The notes below the pieces were generated by a model, which saw only the letters and a program-made list of their open reading frames with translations, did not search any database and was not told the DNA's origin. The position numbers and the translations under genes were made by a program. Of a stretch of DNA of 64,000 nucleotides, positions 43,401 through 56,099 are shown piece after piece (the stretch's first letter is position 1; each line of letters opens with the position of its first letter). Source of the DNA: the human T2T-CHM13v2.0 reference genome, Homo sapiens. The DNA lies in NCBI RefSeq assembly GCF_009914755.1, contig NC_060935.1. One strand, 5' to 3'.

Positions 43401-43900
43401 TTATCTTCTACTAAGTTACTGTCTTTATTCTTATTGAATTAAAAGTTTTCAGTAAGACCACTAATTCTGCTTTGCATGTGTTTTTCCTCCTTATTTAAAA
43501 TACACTATTCTATCCTGTAGACATATTTTAAACTTATATTCAGTCAAATTTAATTTATTTTTAATATTTAAGAATTTTAATAATATGTTTAATATGTTAG
43601 AAACCCTTTACCTTAGCCAACTTAATAGAAATATTCACTTATGTTTACTTGTTTTTAAATTTAAGTTCTTGTTTATAAGGATGTTTTTCTTCAAATACTC
43701 ATCTACATATTTCATCATCACTTATTAAACATTTTTATGTGTATTGTTCAATACTTTTTATCATATGCAACAAATTCTCATGTGGACTTTTTTCTCCTTC
43801 TTTCATCAAGTCCACTAATTTATGTTTATATCCACAGGAACTACTACATTTTCCAAAAATGTTAGGTTTGTGTTTTATTTTTATTTATGGTATATTGCTC
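40450..43900 (-). mobile_element. Patchwork of ancient L1M(E) fragments, interrupted by an LTR
   Basis: T-rich decayed L1-like motifs (aaaatgtcattctattgcttctg; ttttttcatggtttaattgg). Boundaries are uncertain. Confidence 0.4.
42417..42966 (-). mobile_element. MER51-like ERV1 solo LTR
   Basis: TG...CA termini (tgttaagg...ctctaaca), repeated ccaat/caatcaggggctg units, and an imperfect TSD ctgt/ttgt. Confidence 0.65.
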
Positions 43901-44323
43901 CAAATTCTTCTTAAATTAAAAAATTCCAGGTGGTAAAATTATATAAGATTTTAAGATGAGTCAGAAAATACAGAATAATAAAATAGCATTTTGTTTTAAG
44001 TAATAAAATTCAATAATAAAATATGATAATGTAATGATACAATAAATTAATATATTTATATAATCACACTCAGCAGTTTTTCTTTGTAGGCTTTGTTGAA
44101 TGTTCTTAGGTTTCATAGGCTCATATTTTTGCCATATTTAAAAAAATTTCTTTCTTTTACCTTGAACACAAGAAACATAATTATTTTAACATCTGTGGCT
44201 GATGTTTCTAATAACTAGATTACCTGTGGGTCTCTGTGTCTTTTTATTTTTCCTTTCTCATTTTCTCTCATTTCTCTCCTTTTTTGTGTGTACTGAGAAT
44301 TATTTTAAAAGCTGCTTATAGAA

Positions 44324-44468
44324 ACAAATACTTAATACATATAAGGCTTAAAACATAGATGACAGGTTGATAGGTGCAGCAAACCACCATGGCACATGTA
44401 TACCTATGTAACTAACATGCGTATTCTGCACATTATACCAGAAGTTAAAGTAAAATTTAAAAAAAGAA
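44324..44468 (+). mobile_element. Severely 5'-truncated L1PA (about L1PA10) 3' end
   Basis: ggttgataggtgcagcaaaccaccatggcacatgtatacctatgtaac...ttaaagtaaaatttaaaaaaag. Confidence 0.85.
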
Positions 44469-44912
44469 AATGTATTTGATGCTCAAGATGGAGCTATCAT
44501 CCTCCAGTGTGGATTTATATTTGCTTCCGCCAAAGTCTTTTAGCTTTCCAATCCCAAAGGAACTTTATTAAAGCCCACCCTCCTGCAGGTACTGGACCAC
44601 AGCAGGAGTTCTCTCAGCTCTTTGAGGTTTTAAAAGTGGTGGTCAGACTCTCAGAACATCCTTCTGAAAATTAGCAAGTGTTCCCAGAGTAAAGTAGCCT
44701 CCCTAGGCCTCTGATATAGAGACACTGGCTCAGTTAATATTTATTACCTTGTGAACTCTGATACAGTCAAGCACATTTTATTTAATATTTTGTCCAAGGT
44801 TTCTAGTCATTACCAGTGAAAGAGTCACGTCCAAAATAGCTATTCTGCCAATATTAGTTGTAGAAATACTTCTACAATTAACTTTGGCTATGCAGGTGAC
44901 AGAAGAGGGAGG

Positions 44913-45098
44913 TAATATTGCCAGATTTAGCAAATAAAAATACAGAACACTCAGTTAAATTTCACTTTCAAACAAAGAATGAATAATATTTTAGTATAAG
45001 TATGTCTGATGCAATATTTGAGATACATTTAAAATAATTTTGTGGCTTAGGTGCAATTAAATTTAACTGGCTATCTTGCATCTGATCTGGCAACCCTA
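44913..45098. mobile_element. MER53 palindromic hAT element, full length
   Basis: TIRs ttgccagat.../...atctggcaacccta. Imperfect 8-bp TSD gagggagg / gagggaca. Confidence 0.88.
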
Positions 45099-45748
45099 GA
45101 GGGACATAATTGGGAGAGCTATAATAAGCATACAGAAGAGGGAATCAAAAATCAACTTTGATAATCAACTTTCTTTGAAGAAATGGAACATGATAAAATA
45201 TAAATTTTTCTATTTTATTCCTAATTCTGCTATAGCTAGTTTGTTGACCCTGCAGGTTATTTAGCAAATGCTTTTCTTATGTCCTAAACCCTGCCTTATG
45301 TAGCTGACAGTTTTCAATGTGTACCATTCAAAAGAACATAGTTAAAAGATGAAATTATTATGGAAGAATAGACAAGAGAAATGAAATCATAGAAACATAA
45401 GTAATTCACTCCTTAATTCTCACTGCTTGAGCCCAATCAATTATCATGTCCTATAGATACATCTTAGTCTCTTATTTTTTTCATCTCTTTCCATTGCTAC
45501 TGATTTAATTGAGGGCCTCATTTTTTTCTCTTGTACCATAATGCAATGTTCTCTTTTCTGCTACTATTTTCTTATTTTTCCCTTTTTCCCAATACATCAC
45601 CTGCACTGCCACCAGGATAAACTCTTGCATGCAAGCATTATTCCACCACTTATCTCATCAATGGTCTTCATAGCTTTCCTCCAAAAAAAAAAAGGTAAGA
45701 AAAAAAATCCAAACTCATTTTAATATCCTAAAAAACTCATTAATATTA

Positions 45749-46075
<327 letters not shown>

Positions 46076-46189
46076 TCACAATACACAATCACCATGAATT
46101 CACAGTTTTCAGAATGCATCTGTCTTTCTCATGTTGCTTTGACTTTAGTGATAAAACTTCTTCCTTCTGGAACGCCCCTTTTATCCTAA

Positions 46190-46575
46190 CATTACACTAG
46201 TTGAATTGTGTACTCCCAAAATTCATATGTTGAAATCCTGAACAACAGTACCTCAGAATATGACTGTATTTGGAGATAGGGTATTTAAAGAGCAATTAAG
46301 TTAAAATGAAGTCATTAAGATTAGCCCTAATACAAAATGACTGGTGTCCTTATAAGACTATGCTATTAGAACACATATCTTTACAGAGGGAAGATCACGT
46401 AAAGACACAAGAAGATACCAGTGATCTACAAAACAAAGAAACAGATTGCTGAAGAAATCCACTCTCTGAACACCTTGCTCTCAGACCTATAGACTCCAGA
46501 GTGATGAGAAAATACATGACTGTTGCGTAAGCCACCAGTCCATGGTATTTTGATATGGCAGCCAGAACAAGCTCT
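46190..46575 (+). mobile_element. MLT1B LTR
   Basis: cccaaaattcatatgttgaaatcc...tacctcagaatatgactgtatttggagataggg...taagccaccagtccatggtattttgatatggcagcc. Confidence 0.85.
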
Positions 46576-46819
46576 TCACATTTGATTGTGAGTTCCACAG
46601 ATTCTGACTTCCAGTATATATAAATATGTTTTACTTTTATATTGAAAATTATTGAGACACCCAAGCAGACCTAGGTGTTTCTTCTATAATCTGTAGAGTT
46701 TTAAACACATTTGTTTTATACAAAATTACCTGTGTTGGTGCATTCATCTGCTCTCTTTAAATTAGTCTCCTGTTATATCTCTATTTACTTTCCTCTAAGG
46801 TTGTAAATTATTTTTGGCT

Positions 46820-46990
46820 GGAATCATTGCATAGAATTAGAAACACATCAGCCTGAGTTTGACTGACAAATTGTGACACATTGGGGGTGTGCCTTTAATC
46901 TCTCTAAGCCTTAGTTTTATTATTAACAAACAGGTAGAAAGTAATACCCATCTCATAGATTTTTGTGTGGGTGAGGCTGGTGCCTAGATA
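46820..46990 (+). mobile_element. MIR SINE
   Basis: ttaatctctctaagccttagtttt...gtaatacccatctcatag. Confidence 0.6.
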
Positions 46991-48039
46991 AAGTATCAAA
47001 TGCTATCATATTTCTACTTCCTTTTGGTTAATTGTTGTTATACAACTACCATCATGCTTGGGTGAGAATATTTCACCTACAGTACTCCCCTTTTAGAACC
47101 TCTAGATTTTCCTTGGACATGTAAATATATTGAAACTGTATTTATATATCTCAACCTCTTGCATTAGACTAGAAGTTAGGTCAGTAACTATTCCTCACTC
47201 ATGTTTTTATTCCAGAGTGTCAGACATATAGTAGGAATAACATATATTAAATTGCAGAATATTTTCAACATACTATATAATGTATTCATGATAATATCCC
47301 TCTAAATTTGATAGTGAGGGATTATCCTGTTTTTCAAAGTTGAAAAATTTGAAAATATTTGAAATGTCATTTAATATGACCTACTTCAAAACCTCACAGT
47401 GATGGGCTCTTCTTCCATCATTTTTTTCTTTCCTTCCTTCCTTCTATTCCCCATGACAGCAAAGACTTTCATTTATGTGGTTTGGACTCAAATTAGGAAT
47501 GATAGAATTGAGCATCCTAAAATACAGTACAGAAAATTACACAGTGCTGTTATGCACATTATCCTCCAATAGGAACTGTAAATACCAATGCCCATAAATA
47601 AATGTTACAAATGTAGCAATTGCAGTGTGTGATGAGTGATTTTTGTTTGCTCTTCTGCAAAATTGGCAAGAGAAGAAACTTAAAAAAAAACAGCTACTGC
47701 TTTGCTCATGACAGATTCTCCCATGTACTTTTTTAAAAGCCCAGTTGTTATAAGGCCACTTGGTATTCATGTCCATGTCAAGTAATGGCATTCTTGTTTT
47801 GAAAGATCTTTGACATAGCCTTTTGGAATGTGGAAGAAACTTATTAGAAATTTGCCTTGAAAACCAGACCGAAGAAGACTTCAGGTATGAGACACGTGTC
47901 TCCCAGATCTGCATTTTAGCTATAGTGAAAAATAAATCAATCAATTTAAATATTTCTAAGAACTATAGACTCTATATAAATGTTCTATATTTTTAAAATT
48001 AAAAATGAAAACTGACATTGGTAAACACGCATAATTTCT

Positions 48040-49080
48040 GACTTTTTATTAAAGTAAAATGTACCTGTAGAAAAATGCCCAGGTGGGTAACTTTAAATTT
48101 TCATAAACATGAACATACTTCTGTAACTACCACCCAAATAAGGAGACAAAATATCCAAAACCCCAAAAGCCCTCTTCATATTTCCTTCCAATCACCATGC
48201 CCCAGCCCCATTAAAGGTAACCACTGCTTCAATTTCTAAAAACATTAATTCATTTACCCTGGCTTTGTAGTTTGCAGTAATGACATTGTAGGTGAAGAAA
48301 AATATTACATTTACCTTCTTAGGACTTTCCACTGGGCCTGAGAATTAAACTGATATGAAACATAGCAACAGCGTAAAATCACGCAAATTTATTTAATATA
48401 AATTTTATGTGATACAGGAGCCCTCCTAAGCAAATAAAGACACAAAGAAGCAATTAGAGTCAAATGCTGTTATAGTATATCCACATTTTACAGTTTTACA
48501 CTATAAAGTGTAATGAACTGTAAAAGCTTGAAAAGGCAAAGATGCAGAGGCCAGGGTAGTCAGTTAAGTAAAGTTAGGATAGCTAATTGAGCTACTAGGG
48601 AGATAAAAATTAGTTTAACAGGATTTGTTTGCAGAAACTTCTCTAGGTTTTCACTTCCTATTCTTGACAATGAGAATATTACTTTCTTCCTGGTATAGGG
48701 AGACTATCTTTGACATAGCGGGGGTTATATCTCCTGCTTTCACTAAATGTTGTTTCTGAGATTCATTTATTTTATTGTGTCGTAAATCATTCATTCATAT
48801 TTTTGCATAGCATTTTCTTGTGTGAACAGTTATTCAACCAATGATGGGCACTAAGGTAGTTTCTGGGTTTGATCCACTATGAAGAGTGCTGATATAATCA
48901 TCCTAGAACATATCTTCTAGTGAACTTGCATGCAGTGCAATTTACATGCCATGTGACATGCATATAATCAGTTTTAGAAGATGTTCCCAAAACATTTCCA
49001 GAATAGATGTACTAAACTATGCTCTTACTAGTAGGCTAAGAGATTTCTGATTGTTCCATCGAATTGTAATTTCTCATATC
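48040..49080 (-). mobile_element. L1ME 3' fragment interrupted by an LTR
   Basis: ctgtaactaccacccaaataagg...aggtaaccactg; resumes at about 48745 with atgttgtttctgagattcatt. Confidence 0.6.
48287..48742 (-). mobile_element. MER89/90/92-like ERV1 LTR, partial
   Basis: Shares motifs with the 9604-10092 LTR (caaattttatttaatataaattttatgtgatacaggagcc; aaagacacaaagaa). Confidence 0.55.
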
Positions 49081-49089
49081 TATCAACTT

Positions 49090-50220
49090 TGAGCACTTAT
49101 AATAGTTACTGTTCAGTGAGTAAGCAATTTGCATAGATTATCAATTATCCTTATAACAATCTTACAAAGTAGAATGAAACTTTCACTCTGCAGGAGAAGA
49201 AATTTATGTCAAAAAGGGTAATATATTTTTCAAGGTCAAATAGCCAATAATATCAGTTCAGGGACTTTAATTGTGGTCTTCCTGACCATATTGCTTTATA
49301 ATCCGAATATTATCGTAATCCTATTAGTACATTAAATTAGAATTTAACAAGATAATATCTGTGGCAGCCTGCTGTACAGCTTACAATTCAACAGCCATTG
49401 TTTCTTCAAGTTTTATAGTTTCCTACATCTTTTATATACTATATGCACAGAAGCTTTGTGAGGAAGTTTTATTCTCTCCATTTTACAAATGGGGAAAATG
49501 AGATTCACAAGAGATAAGCAACATTCATGAATTTATATTGAATTAAATGTTTAGGTCAGAGTACACAAATTGAAGAATATGAGTAATTTGAGGACAGGGA
49601 CTCTTTTTTTTTCACCACTGCATCCTGAGTCCCTGTAAGAGATCTGGCACATAGGAAGCCCTCAATAAATGCCTGATGAATAATTGAATAACTGAATAAA
49701 AATAGCCAAGAAAAGGATTATATGAATAGAAGTAAGTATGTAGACAGGTCTCTCAACCTTAGTTGTCTGCCTCCAATCCTTCATGATAAGGAAATATTCT
49801 TTCTTGAGAAACTGTTATTATTTTTTAACTGAGTTTTAATTTAAATAGAATTGCCTATAAAACCAAAAGAATCTGTTGCTTTCCTTCTGTTAGAAATGTG
49901 GACTGTGAAGTTAGAGATTTATTTGAATCTAACATAACAAGCTAGTCATCCATCAAGTTTGTTCTCTTATCCACCCATTTAACAATTATCTTCTAAGTGC
50001 CTTCCAGGGACTAAAGAAAATAACATGTGCTGGGGATAATTGATGCAAGAGGAAACATGATTTATCTTTACAAACATTATAGTTAAAGCTACATATACTG
50101 CTTGGGACTCAGTTTCCTAATTTATAAAATGAAATAGGTTTAATATTTTCTCAGAGTATTTTCATGATTAAATGACAGGGCATCTGAGATGAAACATAGA
50201 CAAGTAGCTACTTACAATGG
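49090..50220. mobile_element. Cluster of MIR and L2 fragments
   Basis: Reverse MIR cores (ccattttacaaatggggaaaatgagattc), an L2 tail (tggcacataggaagccctcaataaatgcctgatgaat) and a forward MIR core (ctcagtttcctaatttataaaatg). Confidence 0.6.
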
Positions 50221-50503
50221 CCAATATTGTGAATCTTCTTTAATTATCTATAACATGGTGAACACCAATATATGAAACCATGAAAAATAGTCGTTTTGTT
50301 TGGGCATAGCATTACATTTCCATTTCGTTTTGTGACCCTAGCATATTGAGAAATAAATAGGCATTGATTTCCTCTATCACTGACTTATTAATGTAAACAA
50401 TTATTTTTTTTTTACCAAATAAAAACCCAAAGTCCTGTTTGTTTGTTTGTTTGTTTTTGGCTTTACTAATCACTTGTTTATTTATTTACTTTACAAAAGG
50501 GAA

Positions 50504-50922
50504 TGGCAAGAAACAAAGCCAACCAAAACAAACAAAAGAACACTTTAGACAGATTAGCTTTAAAAGAGCTTAACTGAGCAAAGAATGATTCATAAGTCAG
50601 CCAGCGTCCTGAACCAGTAGAAGTTCAAAGAGCTCTACCCAGCAGTGCAAGCAGCAAGCTTATATAGGCCAGACACAGAGGCAAAGTAGAAAAATTACTT
50701 GATTGGCTATAGCTAGGCATCTGCCTTTTTTGGACATGGTGTGATGAATTGACTGCCTGTGAAAGACTGAAACCCAGCTACTTGTGATTGGCTAAAACCC
50801 CATTGTTTGTTTCAAGGACATACTCTTAGGCTTTCAGTTTGTTTACATAGTAAGTTAGGTTGCAATTCACTACACAGGGACTCAAAGTATGCAGCCTGCC
50901 TCAGGCCAAATTTAATTTAACA
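50504..50922 (-). mobile_element. MER57/MER93-family ERV1 solo LTR
   Basis: Minus strand starts TGTTAAATTAAATTTGGCCTGAGGCAGGC...TGCAACCTAACTTACTATGTAAACAAACTG; CCAAT repeats (tgattggct x2). Confidence 0.75.
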
Positions 50923-53713
50923 AGAAGTTGGTCATCTGTGGAATAAAATGTAACTTTCTAACACCATATGGGTACAAATACATCATATTTGCATGAAAAC
51001 CACCTAAAATTACTATTTAGTAAGGCCCCACCTTCTTCGCTTTTCAGGTAGTCCCACTTTACTTTCTTTAGGAGTCCCTGCTGGGTGATCTTTCTTTCAT
51101 ATAAGAAGAAACTTACCAAACCTAGAGTTTTCTCAAGGAGAATTTTAGGACCACTAGATAAATCACTTTTTCCCCCACGTGCAAAGTAAATGCTGATTGT
51201 CTCCTCAGGGAGCACAAGTGTTCAGGGTAGTGAACAGTAGCAGAGGGGCTGAGGCATGGTTCTGTACAGCCTCATGTAGGAAGCCCTGCTCCCCTCTGCT
51301 GACCTGCTGAGTCATGGAATGTCTACCTTGCCTTGGAAGTCTTACCACTTAGAAGCTAGTCTGCTAGGAGAACACTCATGATTTTTAGGGCAGAGTGGAG
51401 CCACTTTCCACTAGCCAAGGATCTGTGGCAATACTAGCTTCAATATGATTAAATAATGCCCAATTTATTTATTCATTAGTCATTTAGGGAGGTGGTTGTT
51501 TGTGCCAGCCTTTGTACTAAACCTTGGCATTGAAATGAAAAATACAGCATACTTCATATCTCTGAGACTACAAAATACTGTACCTATTGGTGATGCTACC
51601 GAGATATATCTATGTACTTTTATTGACAGGTTGTGAAAGGCCATCTTATCTTAATTTTGCATTTCTTAACCTCACAAAGGCAGTAATCAGAACATTCTCT
51701 TTCTGAAAGAAAACGTTTTAAGATCTGTTCATTGTTTCCTTAACTGATTTCTTGTCCATCTTTAAATCTCATTTAAATGATTTTCCTTTAGTTTAAAACC
51801 TCTAATTGGTACAACTCTCTTAAATTTGCTATTGTGTTTCTTAAAGTTTTCTTTACAACATGGAATGCTTGTCGAATCACAATGAAATTACTAAGTAATT
51901 TCTCATTAAGGTTTTATTTCTCTTGACACTTTTTTCAGGTGAGCTGTCATCACCATTGTCAGCAATAAAAAAAATCAGAAGTTTAGCTAACAATGCTGCC
52001 CCACTGAGTTTTGCTTGCTTACTTGCTTGCTTTCTTCCCATTTGTGTTAATTTTTCCCCAATACATTTTTGATAACAGGAATAAGGGTATGCAAGCCACA
52101 TTCTATGCATTAAAACATATTGTCTTTTTGTATGAAAAAGCATTTTCCTGATTTTTTTGTAAAAATACAAGTTGTTAAGTGTTTTAAAGTTTAATATGAA
52201 TATGTAATAATAAAATCCTACCTTTGTGGTCATTTATCTTTTTCAAAGCCAATATAAAAATTTTATTTCATCTACAGTTTCTAACATGTCCACAACGTAA
52301 TAACTTACACATAAGTAGACAGAAAATAAGGGGCTTACAAAATTTAAGTATGATTTCTGAAAATACAGTAAAAACCAGTTTTGAAATTTCTTCTTCTGAT
52401 TCCACACTAGGTATAATTTAAATTAGACTATAAGATAGGGGAGTGTAAAGGATTTTTTTAAACTTGTTCCTTTTTGTAAAAGCAATTTTAAACTAATATT
52501 TGCCTACCTCCTAGCTCAACAGCCATGATAGAGAAATGTTTTTATTTCTGTTTGTCTAACCTATTTCCCCAATAATTCTAAAAGTGGACCCTTCTTCCAG
52601 TTTACTAAACATTGGGAAATGTTCAGTACATAAATTTTATCATAGGCATAAGAAATATTATCTCCAGAAAAAATTCTGATATAAAACTCTAGACATTTGA
52701 AAAAAGGAATTAATGTTTCACTAATGGTTTTGGTATCAATAATAATAAAAGTTTTGCTAATAGGACACATGGGCAATTAGCACTTAGATGTGGCTTATAA
52801 AATATTAATGCTGTCAGGCATGCATTAAAATATTTTTGTTAATAATAGGGGCTGTGCTTTGTAGGATTTCACATGTGAAATAAACCAAAGACTCAAAGAG
52901 CTTAACTCAACTATTCAATGCCATGCAACCTGGAATTAAATTGAAATGTTCTAACTGGCTGCAAGTTCAGTAATGCTTTTCAGCAATACTGTTGCCCTTA
53001 GAAGAGAGTTAAAACATAATTTAGTCTACCAAGAAAAGTAAAAACAAAAACAACTGCTTTTCCACTTTTGTTAAGAGAAATGAAATGATACTCATTATTA
53101 TCATTTAGAACTTTTTATATTCCTTAATATTTTAAGCATTTGTATTAAATATCTGGCTTGGCCCTTTTAGTGGCTAAGGTACAGCAGCACAAAATCTATA
53201 TTAAATCTCCTGAAATCTACTCAGGTTTTGGAATCACTGGATTCAGCACAATGATAACCTCAGCAGCTGAATAGCAAGGGTCTCAACCCCAGTTTATAAA
53301 AAACAAAACAAAACACTGAGCTACTTATTTAGTTTAGCAGTTTGGAATATTCAATGCTGTTGCATAAGAAATGGGTAAGCATTTCAAACTTAATACTTAA
53401 AATTCTTAATATATGATTTCAGTGATAATTGATGTGTATGGAACTAACTTTGGAATTCCAAAAAATGTACAATTTAGACTGATTTTCTAGATTGATGAAT
53501 ATAAAAAAATATGATGAATATAAAAATATGAAAAATACAAAAATTATGTAATCATTTTAAATAATATTTTTCCACTTGTAATAATTAAAATTTAAATGAT
53601 AATTTTAAAATTTCTTCTCAAATATATATATACTTTTTTTCTTAAGAATACATGCAATTTGGGGGAATATATGAGAAGAAAAAGTTATGATACATATGTG
53701 GGAATACATTCTT

Positions 53714-54220
53714 ACTTGAGAAGAAACTGACTTCCAGCTAAACTAGTTAATGATGAAATTGGAAGGCTTGAGAAAATTTGTGTCTATGGGCATGGCATTT
53801 TCATTCACCATAAATGGCATACTCCCCTTTGATAAAGAATCTCTTGACAATTTTATTGAAATAAAATCAGTAAGTACCTAAACTGAGATTAATCAGAATT
53901 AAGATTGTCTCATGAACTCTATTTAGTTGTTTATGATAGAAGTCACTTGAAACAAATTATTTTTAAAAGTACATAATAAAATGAATAGAAAATTACCTCA
54001 AATTTATTAACAGTCATATGATTTTCATCATCCATTTCAAGTAGAAGTAAGTGGCAAAGACTATAATTGAAATACAGAAAAAATGTAAACTTTCCTATTC
54101 AGTTTTAGTTTTGGCCAGAACGTCTGAACTTGTAGCCAAGAAGTCTTCAAGTGAACTTGGGAAGAATCTGACTTCTAGCTAAACTAGCTCATGATTGAAA
54201 TTGGAATGCTTGAGAAAATT
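53714..54220 (+). repeat. Dispersed 65/66-bp direct repeat (53714-53778 and 54155-54220)
   Basis: Hand alignment gives 6 substitutions and 1 gap. Confidence 0.9.
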
Positions 54221-56099
54221 CAAGGGATCTGGCAGTGATTTCCTTTAAATTTTGGAAATCATTTGGATCATAGCCACCAAGCTCAAAGAAAGTTTAGCCA
54301 TCCAATTTGTGCACTGGGCTCATTTTGTGGTTTTGTGTGAGAATTCATTTTACCTTCCAGAAATAACATTTGAATTTTATTTCTGATTTTTTTCTTTTGT
54401 CATTTGTGTTGCTCTGCCTTTGATCAGAGCCTTTCTGTGTGGGATATCAGATAATGTAACTTTAGCTACTAGCATCATGATTAGAAATTTTGAGGTCCCT
54501 TGAGTACAGTAATAATAGCTAACTTGGTTCCAAGCTCTTTGGCAAGAGGATGTCCTGAAGGCATATGTTATAGTGAGAGAAGTTACTAATTCTGCCATTT
54601 TTTCTCTCTTCTCCACAATTTCCTGGCAAAGGAAAAGCTTTGCCAGTTTTCCCTCACAAAAGAGAAATAGAAAATAATCTATTACAAACAAAAAGGAAGA
54701 GAGAGAATCTATTACACAGAAATTTTCTCTCTGTGTAGTCCTACAAAGTGTAGCAAAACATATATATACATAATCTATTATGCTTATAGAGAAAAGTTTC
54801 ACTAAGTGAGTAGTAGAAAATAAAGATAAAAAATAGACAAGGTAGCAAGGGCTGCTAAACAAAACCAACATCTAAGCCAACCCTATGAAAAAATTAGCTC
54901 TCCCTCTCAATCAGTAAACTGGTTATTTGACAGAAGCTCCAAGGCATCTCCAAACAAAATCATTAAATGCAAAAAATCCTAGTGAGATCAAGGCACTGTT
55001 TTCAAACGAATGCAATAATGTCGGCCCAGAGGCCTTAATGAAATTAGACAAAAAAGAATAAATCTGTGATATAGTCAATGTATGATTTCAATGATAATTG
55101 ATGGGTATGATGCTAAGTCGGATCATGTGACTTGGATCATGATTCAAAAATACTCTACCAATGCTCATTTTAATGTCCATGATTGTTGGGGAATGGACAC
55201 TGCTAAGAGTTGCATCCATGGGGAAACTTCATAATCTCAAGAGGATCACTCTAGTCTTACCATTTTTTTTTTTTTTATTTCTGTAGCTCTCAGTTACTTA
55301 GGCATTTTTTTCTTCTTTATTCTCTGTGACCAGTGTATCCTTGTGCCCATCTTTGCCCTCTCACTCTTAGGTGCATTGAGATGACTGATATGCTTCCACT
55401 GTCTTCTCAGGTTTCTTACTTTCCCCCAAAATAATCACAATGGCAGTCTTCTTATTTTTCTTACTTTTAAAAAAATACATGAGTCTTCCAGAAGAATAAT
55501 GAAAAACAGAGCATGGTTTTTGAATTTTCACAAAATTTCCCAGAAAATGAAATAAACCAATCGGGAAAGGGAAAAAAAGAAACACACAACATGAAGATGG
55601 TATCCTCAATAAAACTTGTAAGGAAGAAATCCTGATGAACTTCTGAACATGGGCCACGTGGTCATCCTGAGATCAAGGGCCGTGTATTGGGGAATGAGGG
55701 AAAAGTGGAAGAAAGTTCTAGACGAATTCTATAAACTAAAATAATGCCAACAGATACATCCCTAAATAAAGGACTCCATTATGCATACAAACCTGGGTGA
55801 GGGACTTAAAAATCAATCAGTAAGACTAAGAAAATCTACAGATTTTAAGTTTCTGGTGAGTACAAAAGAACTACATGCATGGATATAGAAGAATATATAG
55901 AATAATATACAAAATTGTGTTGGTTTAAGTTCTTATGACTCTCAGAACTGTTCATCAGATGCTATTTTGAAATGACAGAGACTACTCATGATGAAATATA
56001 CTGAAATTACAAACCAAATTGAGCATAGCAAGAAGGGTGGGGTCAAGAGAAACAGAAGATTCAGATAGCTGCGTGGGAGAACAGATCACAAAATTCTTG

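Noticed and set aside
47537-47944. 135-aa ORF and a nearby CAG|GTATGA donor-like site
   Set aside because: Non-ATG start and no recognisable protein. An isolated donor-like motif is not sufficient evidence.
54377-54871. 164-aa hydrophobic ORF
   Set aside because: The composition reflects a T-rich strand. There is no domain or splice context, and no homology I can recognise.
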